DNA from: Spirochaetota bacterium
GTDB taxonomy: Bacteria > Spirochaetota > JAGLSM01 > JAKPMW01
Length of the DNA: 50,489 nt
Direction of reading: 5' to 3'
Assembly (NCBI GenBank): GCA_036795535.1
Contig: DAIREN010000004.1
Location: 1-50,489, forward strand
The translations under genes and the position numbers were made by a program. The notes under the pieces are model-generated. The model ran no database searches, was not told where the DNA came from, and saw only the letters and a program-made list of their open reading frames with translations. Shown piece after piece: positions 44,634 to 50,489 of this stretch (position 1 is the stretch's first letter; each line of letters starts with the position of its first letter).

Positions 44634-45527
44634 TCATCGAATCCCGAATTGATCGCGGAGAACGGCGGGAATCCCGTCAGCCCCCAGAGCCACAACCCCC
44701 TGGATGAATGGTCGCGCGATCAAGACGCGTTTGGCGCCCAACGCTGCAGCTCTGTGCAGGTGTGCTCTGGTACGAAGACCGCCGTCGACCCAAACCTCGC
44801 CACAATACTTCCGGACCCGGCCGACAAGACGTTCCAGACTCCAGGCAATCCCTTCCAGTCCATCGGCGACACGGCCCCCATGATTGGAGATCACGACAAT
44901 ATCGGGACGGACAGCCTCGACCAGTTCGAGTTCCTGATCCCGGCAGATCCCCTTGATGATGAACGGGACCCGGATCTCCCGACGCAAGTCCTTGAGGAGT
45001 GCCGCATCCTTTTTTTCCAGCCCGGCCTTGCTCTCGACCGTTGCCAGTGTGCATGCATCAATGTCTGTCCCGACACTCTCCGCCACGTCCTGCGCCATCT
45101 CGTAGCGTTCCAGTATCTTCCGGTTGACATGGGGTTTGATGATGATCGCACCCTGACGGCCGTGTCGCCGGAGTGCATCCACCCCGTCCGTGAATTTGTA
45201 GTCCGGAACCCCGTCTCCGATGCAGGAAAAAATGCCGGCAGCGCCGGCTCCCGCCACCAGGGCATCATGAAAATCGCGCTCGGGCATGGCATCTCCGATG
45301 TTTTCATCAACGCCCGTGATCGGAGCAACCGCGATCTCGGGAAGCGCGGTCCCTGCCGGACCCCCGATTTCATCCCAGGAGAGGACGTTGTGCATAAAGG
45401 TCAGCCCCTCCCCCTTCCCTCCCATCCCTGGGACTTCTCCGGCACAGGCGTGACCGTCACAGAGGGCACAGCCCCGGCAGGCGCCGTGTGTGATCGAGTT
45501 GAGTTGCGTTCTCCAGGCAGTAGACAT
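44634..45527 (-). CDS. FMN-dependent alpha-hydroxy-acid dehydrogenase/oxidase-family TIM-barrel protein with a Cys-rich N-terminus
   Basis: ATG 45527 with AAGGAG 6 nt upstream. IIKGI, VVISNHGGR, VDGGLRTRAHLHRAAALGA. N-terminal C17-x2-C20-x2-C23-x4-C28. Confidence 0.7.
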   Translation of the reverse strand: MSTAWRTQLNSITHGACRGCALCDGHACAGEVPGMGGKGEGLTFMHNVLSWDEIGGPAGTALPEIAVAPITGVDENIGDAMPERDFHDALVAGAGAAGIFSCIGDGVPDYKFTDGVDALRRHGRQGAIIIKPHVNRKILERYEMAQDVAESVGTDIDACTLATVESKAGLEKKDAALLKDLRREIRVPFIIKGICRDQELELVEAVRPDIVVISNHGGRVADGLEGIAWSLERLVGRVRKYCGEVWVDGGLRTRAHLHRAAALGAKRVLIARPFIQGVVALGADGIPAVLRDQFGIR

Positions 45528-45570
45528 GAGGTTCTCCTTGCTGTTTCGGTCCATTCATCCCGTTCCATCA

Positions 45571-45612
45571 ACAAGAACGCCGGAACTGCATGGGCAGGCG
45601 ACCGGCGTTCTT
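45571..45612 (-). other. 12-bp perfect hairpin between fba and the FMN-dehydrogenase gene
   Basis: caagaacgccgg (45571-82) / ccggcgttcttg (45601-12) with an 18-nt loop. It is followed on the reverse strand by TTGATGG and has no clear U-tract. Possibly a weak terminator or processing/stability element. Confidence 0.35.
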
Positions 45613-45707
45613 GTCAGATGAGTCTGTATTGGCGAGTACTGTCAGAGCCACCAAGGTGGTGCCGCGGTTCTCATGCGGCACACGTTCCTGGGCCGACCCG
45701 GCAGGAC

Positions 45708-46712
45708 TCATTTTGTGAGAGCCATGATTTCCGGGGCATGCCCGGCACTGCCGAGGACATTCTCGTTCTTCGCCTTGTACATCGCCTTGAGAGCGTCACG
45801 GGCCGGACCGAGGTATTTTCTCGGGTCGAATTCGCCGGGCTTGTTGGCAAGGACTTCGCGGATCTTGGCCGTCATCACGAGGCGGCCATCGGAATCGATG
45901 TTGATCTTGCAGACGGCCGACTTCGATGCATCGCGAAGCTGGTTCTCGGGAATACCGATCGAATCGGCCAGTTTCCCGCCAAATTTGTTGATGGCTTCAA
46001 CAGCATCTTGGGGAACAGACGACGATCCGTGCAGAACAATGGCGAATCCCGGAATACGTTTTTCGATTTCTTTAAGGATATCCAGGCGGATTTCGGGTTT
46101 CTGGCCCGGCTTGAACTTGAACGCGCCATGGGATGTCCCGATCGAGATGGCGAGTGAATCCACTCCGGTCCGGGCGACAAAATCCTGAACCTCTTCAGGC
46201 TGGGTGTATGTGTGATGCTCGGCCGAAACTTCATCCTCAACACCGGCAAGCACTCCCAGCTCTCCCTCGACAGTGACATCATGGGCATGGGCAAACTCCA
46301 CCACCTTTTTTGTGAGGGCAACGTTGTCCTCATACGGAAGGTGCGAGCCATCGATCATGACGGATGAAAAACCGCTCTCAATGCAGGAGACACAGGTTTC
46401 ATAGGAATCACCGTGATCGAGGTGCAACGCGATCGGAATCTCTCCGACACCCATCTCCTTTGCCTTGCGGCGCATCATCTCGATGGCACCCTGTCCGAGA
46501 TAGGTCAGAAGGGTCTGGTCGGCATAATCCCGGGCACCCTTGGAGACCTGGAGAATCACGGGAGATTGTGACTCGAGGCAAGCGAGGACAATCGCCTGAA
46601 GCTGTTCCATGTTGTTGAAGTTGTACGCCGGAACAGCAAAGCCGCCCGACACTGCCTTGGCAAACATGTTCTTTGTGTTGACGAAGCCCAGTGATTTGTA
46701 GCTGATGGCCAT
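45708..46712 (-). CDS. fba: class II fructose-bisphosphate aldolase
   Basis: FAVPAYNFNNMEQLQAI, PIALHLDHG, SVMIDGS, LHGSSSVP. ATG 46712 with AAGGAG 6 nt upstream. Confidence 0.9.
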   Translation of the reverse strand: MAISYKSLGFVNTKNMFAKAVSGGFAVPAYNFNNMEQLQAIVLACLESQSPVILQVSKGARDYADQTLLTYLGQGAIEMMRRKAKEMGVGEIPIALHLDHGDSYETCVSCIESGFSSVMIDGSHLPYEDNVALTKKVVEFAHAHDVTVEGELGVLAGVEDEVSAEHHTYTQPEEVQDFVARTGVDSLAISIGTSHGAFKFKPGQKPEIRLDILKEIEKRIPGFAIVLHGSSSVPQDAVEAINKFGGKLADSIGIPENQLRDASKSAVCKINIDSDGRLVMTAKIREVLANKPGEFDPRKYLGPARDALKAMYKAKNENVLGSAGHAPEIMALTK

Positions 46713-46751
46713 GATACGCTCCTTTATGGATACAAAAGATTGTGCTGTTGC

Positions 46752-47204
46752 TTACATTGACTCGAGTGCGGAGATGATCTCCTCCGCGTTTTTGGCTGCA
46801 AGGAGAGCGGTTTTGACCCGCTCGTTTTTGGCAAGCATGGCAATCCTGGCAAGAATCTGCAGGTATTCACGATGCTGGTGGCTTCCCGCCGCGACCATCA
46901 GGGCAAAATGGACCGGCTTGTCGTCCATCGAGCCGTAGTCACTGATTCCCTCGCGGGAAACCCCTATCGCAATGACAATATCCCGGACGGCATCACTGTA
47001 GGTATGTGGCACGGCGATACCCAGCCCGATGCCGGTGCTCATGATGTTTTCACGTTCGAGGATTCCGTTCCGGAACTTGTCGTGATCCGCAATCAAATCA
47101 GACCCGGTAATGCACTCCATCAGACGATGGAGCGCCTGCTGCTTGTGTGTCTCGGCATCAAAAAAAACGATTCGTTCACGGGAAACATATTTTTGGAGCA
47201 TCAT
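46752..47204 (-). CDS. ptsN: PTS EIIA(Ntr)-type protein PtsN
   Basis: MSTGIGLGIAVPH active-site His motif; PVHFALMVAAG...HREYLQILARIA. The start is ATG 47204 or 47201, immediately after GGGAGGA. It lies 39 nt upstream of fba. Confidence 0.8.
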   Translation of the reverse strand: MMLQKYVSRERIVFFDAETHKQQALHRLMECITGSDLIADHDKFRNGILERENIMSTGIGLGIAVPHTYSDAVRDIVIAIGVSREGISDYGSMDDKPVHFALMVAAGSHQHREYLQILARIAMLAKNERVKTALLAAKNAEEIISALESM

Positions 47205-47395
47205 TCCTCCCGGGAGTGGTTCTGAGAAAGAAACAATACACAAAAAGACAGGAAAAAAAAAGAAACGGCTTTCGGGTCCGTGGTTCCCCAACCACCGATG
47301 TACCGTCTTTCCAGAGCTGAAAATTCTCTGGCAATGCCCGAAGAGCCGGGATAGACTGGTGAGCATCAAAGAAATTCGGGACACAGAGGGTAGGT

Positions 47396-48958
47396 ATGGA
47401 GCCGGACCGGGCGCTTCAGGGACAGGCATTGACTCCCGAAACATTCCTGCAGATGCTTGATTGCAAAGCTGCGGATCTGGTTCTGCTCTGCAGGTACGTC
47501 CTCAAGCTGCAGAATATCGAGGCAGTCTTGCAGCGACCACTGCTCGGGCGCCTCTTCATTGAAGCATCCAAGATCGAAGAAGTCCTGGACGCCTACGGCG
47601 CCAAGAATAACAAGCACTGGTGCCGTTTCAGAAGCCTGGTCGCGGCACTCAAAACGTTCTCAAATGCGACATACATCTTCCTCCATATCAGGAATGCCGC
47701 ACCACGCTATCGCCTTCTGCCCATTGAGGGGGATTTCTTCGGGGATACCGGACGATGCACCACCCGGCTCGGGACAATGCTTGTCTCCATTGTCCGGACC
47801 TTTGTCTCCGAGGCCCGCCGAACGGGCATGGCCGTGCGCGGACGGTTTCGCCAGGCAAGTCCTTTGTACGACATGCCGTTGACGGGGATTCTCCCGGCTG
47901 ACAGACAGTTCCAACATATTGCCTCCCCGGCCAAAGTGGTCGTCTATCTTGCAACCGCTTTCCTGTCCGAATCGGGCCAGTCACTCCTGCAGGATCTGGC
48001 CGGAAAGCTGGATCGTTGCCGGTATCCAGAGTGCGTGCCGGATATGTTCAGCGAACGCACGCTGCGGGTTGCGGAGCGGGAGTTCCACAATCTGCAGGCC
48101 ATGTACGATACCCATATCTCGGATACGGATGCCGAGCAACAAGACCGGAATCTCCCGGTCATCCGGGGTCATGTCTCCATCATTTACCACCTGCTGGAGA
48201 TCGCGACCCTGCTCTCGCACCACTATGAGCGCCATATTGCCGGGCACGGAAGCGGGAGGTCCCGGACCCGCCCGATCGTCAACGTCGATGAACTCCTGGA
48301 GATCCTCATCGAATACTCGCTGGCCTATGCCGGCAAGTTCATGAAATCGGCGCAACATCTCTGCAGGACGATGATCAGACGCTATGCCGAACCGGCACGG
48401 ATCGAGGTCCCAGTCCCGGTGTACCGCGGGTTCCATGTCCGCCCCTCGACGCTGGTGGCCAAGATTGTCCTCCATTACGGGAGCGAGGTCTATCTCGAAA
48501 CCAGTGACGGTTCCCGCTACGACGCGTCTTCCCCTCTGGAACTGTTTCGCGTCAATGAAAAGATCAACGCCGAAAAGCGCCGGATGCTGGCCCAGCACAT
48601 GGCTGCCATGCCCGAGATCAAGCAGGCCGCCGAAGACGCCTCGGTCAAGCAGGAATTGATGCGCAGGGTCTTTTTCAGACTGCTGCAAAAAAAGGACATC
48701 GTGATCTACGAGGGACATCTTCCCTTCGACGACATCAAACCCGAGGATGGAGAGATCCTCCCCGAGTTTCTCAAGCGGGCGCTGGCCTATTTCCTGGCTC
48801 ACGGGCTGATTGATATCCGGATCGACATGAAAGTGGCCTTTTGCGGAGACAGGCGGGTACTGGACGACATCCACGTCCTGGCTGAACACGGGTACGGCGA
48901 GGATCGCTATGGCAATGATGTCATGCTGCCCCCGCCGCTGGCCTATTTGAAGCGCTGA
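47396..48958 (+). CDS. 520-aa protein with an unassigned helical N-terminal region of about 330 aa and a C-terminal HPr-like phosphocarrier domain carrying a large insertion
   Basis: GFHVRPST (His347, codon 48434-36) matches the HPr His15 motif G[LIF]H[AVT]RP. GSRYDASSPLELF aligns with the Ser46 region. IDMKVAFCGDRRVLDDIHVLAEHGYGE matches the last strand/helix. About 85 aa are inserted between them. Confidence 0.65.
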   Translation: MEPDRALQGQALTPETFLQMLDCKAADLVLLCRYVLKLQNIEAVLQRPLLGRLFIEASKIEEVLDAYGAKNNKHWCRFRSLVAALKTFSNATYIFLHIRNAAPRYRLLPIEGDFFGDTGRCTTRLGTMLVSIVRTFVSEARRTGMAVRGRFRQASPLYDMPLTGILPADRQFQHIASPAKVVVYLATAFLSESGQSLLQDLAGKLDRCRYPECVPDMFSERTLRVAEREFHNLQAMYDTHISDTDAEQQDRNLPVIRGHVSIIYHLLEIATLLSHHYERHIAGHGSGRSRTRPIVNVDELLEILIEYSLAYAGKFMKSAQHLCRTMIRRYAEPARIEVPVPVYRGFHVRPSTLVAKIVLHYGSEVYLETSDGSRYDASSPLELFRVNEKINAEKRRMLAQHMAAMPEIKQAAEDASVKQELMRRVFFRLLQKKDIVIYEGHLPFDDIKPEDGEILPEFLKRALAYFLAHGLIDIRIDMKVAFCGDRRVLDDIHVLAEHGYGEDRYGNDVMLPPPLAYLKR

Positions 48959-48969
48959 GGATCTGGATA

Positions 48970-49758
48970 TCACTCAAACCGCATGTGCTTGACCGACTGC
49001 CCGGTCCGGGCAAGATTGCGCAACGAATCAATCCCGATTTCGAGATGGGTTTTGACAAACTTCGCAGTCACGCTCGTGTCGCTTTTGCTCGTCTTGATCC
49101 CCTCGGGCACCATCGGGTTGTCCGAAACAAGCAGCAAGGCTCCGCGCGGAATCTCGTTGGCAAAGCCGACCGTAAAGAGGGTTGCCGTTTCCATATCGAT
49201 CCCGATCGCGCGGATTTTTTGCAGATACTCGCGAAAATCCTTGTCATGTTCCCAGACGCGACGGTTGGTCGTATAGACCGTCCCGGTCCAGTACTCGAGC
49301 TTGCGCTGGCGGATCTCGATCGAAACCGCCTTGTGCAGACGGAATGACGGCAGGGCCGGGATCTCGGGCGGCAGATAGTCATTGCTGGTCCCTTCGCCCC
49401 GGATGGCCGCGATAGGAAGAATAAAGTCTCCGAGTTTTGTTTTTTTGAGACCGCCACATTTTCCAAGAAACAGCACAGCCTGGGGCTTGACCGCCGACAA
49501 GAGATCCATCACCGTCGCGGCAAGCGGGCTGCCCATGCCAAAATTGATGATCGTCACCTCGCCGGATGTTGCCATCTGCATCGGCTTGTTGCGGCCAATA
49601 ATCTCGACCCCGTGCATCTCGGCAAACATTTCGACATAATTGATGAAGTTCGTCAGCAGGATGTACTTGGCAAAGCTCGCAAGAGGGGCTCCGGTATAGC
49701 GGGGAAGCCAGTCCTCGACGATTTCTTTTTTTGTCGGCATGCCTTTTCCGCTTGTCAT
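48970..49758 (-). CDS. amn: AMP nucleosidase (short, catalytic-domain-only form; PNP/UDP phosphorylase fold)
   Basis: ATG 49758 with GGAGGG 5 nt upstream. KYILLTNFINYVEMF, INFGMGSPLAA, GKCGGL, IDMETATLF. Confidence 0.75.
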   Translation of the reverse strand: MTSGKGMPTKKEIVEDWLPRYTGAPLASFAKYILLTNFINYVEMFAEMHGVEIIGRNKPMQMATSGEVTIINFGMGSPLAATVMDLLSAVKPQAVLFLGKCGGLKKTKLGDFILPIAAIRGEGTSNDYLPPEIPALPSFRLHKAVSIEIRQRKLEYWTGTVYTTNRRVWEHDKDFREYLQKIRAIGIDMETATLFTVGFANEIPRGALLLVSDNPMVPEGIKTSKSDTSVTAKFVKTHLEIGIDSLRNLARTGQSVKHMRFE

Positions 49759-49828
49759 GTGTACCCTCCGGATGCTGTTGGGCCAAGTATAGCACCCGGA
49801 CAGGATGGGCGTCAGCACGCACAGGAGA

Positions 49829-50311
49829 TTACAAAACCCGGCGGGCACCCCGATAGCGTGTCCGCCAGTACTCGATCCTCATGTCCGTGTATTCCACTGT
49901 CTTTCCCGCCCGGGGCGAGTGGATAAAGCGGTTGTTTCCCGCGTAGATTCCAACATGGGAGACACCATTGCCATAGGTATGGAAAAAAACCAGATCGCCG
50001 GGTTGCGGGTTCTGTACTGTCCGGAGCTGTCCGAATTGTCCGGCTGCGGTGTGGGGAAGCTGGACGCCGACCTGACGAAAGACATAAAGCACAAAGCCGG
50101 AACAGTCAAACCCCCGCGGGTCACTTCCGCCATACCGGTAGGGGGTCCCGAGATAACGACGTGCGATTGTCAGGACTTCACCCCGCTTGCCTGCAGGCTG
50201 GACCGTACCCGTGGGGGTATTGGTCACTTGTGCCTGGCTGGTCGTTGTCATGCAACCGGCAAGACACACGAGCAGGAGCAAATGTCCCAGACCGTGTGAA
50301 AGTGTCTGCAT
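49829..50311 (-). CDS. NlpC/P60-family cell-wall peptidase lipoprotein
   Basis: Lipobox VCLAGC. YRYGGSDPRGFDCSGFV (catalytic Cys), HVGIY (His), FIHS. ATG 50311 preceded by GGAGGA. Confidence 0.85.
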   Translation of the reverse strand: MQTLSHGLGHLLLLVCLAGCMTTTSQAQVTNTPTGTVQPAGKRGEVLTIARRYLGTPYRYGGSDPRGFDCSGFVLYVFRQVGVQLPHTAAGQFGQLRTVQNPQPGDLVFFHTYGNGVSHVGIYAGNNRFIHSPRAGKTVEYTDMRIEYWRTRYRGARRVL

Positions 50312-50433
50312 GGATCCTCCATCAGAATGCGCATTCCCTGTCAATATCGGCGGGTTGGATACCGGAACTGACACTGCAGTCCCGGTTCCGTTCATCCGAT
50401 GAAACCTTCATCAAAGAGACACCACGCTGAATT

Positions 50434-50452
50434 CCCCGCGTTGCATCATTGA
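50434..50452. repeat. copy 2 of the exact 19-nt intergenic repeat ccccgcgttgcatcattga
   Basis: Identical to 11614-11632. It lies 123-141 nt upstream of the NlpC/P60 start (reverse strand). Confidence 0.9.
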
Positions 50453-50489
50453 AAAAGGTAACCGAAGGTCAGATGCGTTGCCTCACATT

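Noticed and set aside
44649-46157. 502-aa + strand ORF spanning two genes and an intergenic gap
   Set aside because: It is antisense to both the FMN-dehydrogenase gene and fba. Both reverse-strand genes have strong family motifs and SD sites.
50312-50489. Possible c-di-AMP (ydaO-type) riboswitch upstream of the NlpC/P60 gene
   Set aside because: I looked because ydaO riboswitches often precede NlpC/P60 genes. The leader lacks the conserved ACGGGGA...CCCA and CCGACAGCUAACCUCGUAAGC-type segments as far as I can recall them. An Infernal scan would settle it.

Overview
This is a 50.5-kb chromosomal segment from a moderately GC-rich bacterium. Most genes have strong GGAGG-type Shine-Dalgarno sites, and several have TTGACA/TATAAT-like promoters. 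The phylum cannot be assigned from this sequence alone; the gene content vaguely resembles a Spirochaetota-like anaerobe, but that is a guess. I support 42 protein-coding genes. I found no rRNA, tRNA, CRISPR array, transposase, integrase or prophage signature. All domain calls come from motif recognition by eye, with no database search. Gene starts were refined by hand from ATG/GTG/TTG codons plus Shine-Dalgarno spacing; the ORF track also uses TTG/GTG starts and often over-extends.

The housekeeping backbone is trmJ (partial), a dGTPase-like gene, tal, xth, a DPS-like ferritin, gdh, tig-clpP-clpX-lon-serA-GNAT, metH, two rRNA methyltransferases, fba, ptsN, an AMP nucleosidase and an NlpC/P60 hydrolase.

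The less ordinary parts are:
- **(a) 1.7-6.4 kb:** three tandem lipoprotein exo-hydrolases (a 5'-nucleotidase and two EEP nucleases). They share a Cys-Ser-Asp-Asp tail and poly-Ser tethers. One has its signal peptide split by a frame change at a T6 run.
- **(b) 9.4-11.5 kb:** a hydG module with a TM1266-type regulator and a coupled small ORF. One Cys of the C-terminal cluster motif is replaced by Asp.
- **(c) 11.7-15.9 kb:** a GtrB-like GT2 / PMT-family GT-C / PA14 membrane protein / GtrA operon next to a ricin-type lectin lipoprotein. This is my best candidate for an undescribed system, namely extracytoplasmic O-glycosylation with dedicated carbohydrate-binding accessories.
- **(d) 32.8-34.8 kb:** an orphan 661-aa secreted protein that is AT-richer at its 3' end, contains an A8 tract, and is flanked by terminators.
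- **(e) 46.7-49.0 kb:** ptsN, divergent from a 520-aa protein carrying an HPr domain with a large insertion.

There are also short exact intergenic repeats: a 19-mer at 11614 and 50434, and a 12-mer present twice upstream of tig. The many long ORFs in the track that lie antisense to these genes are GC-driven shadows and were rejected.
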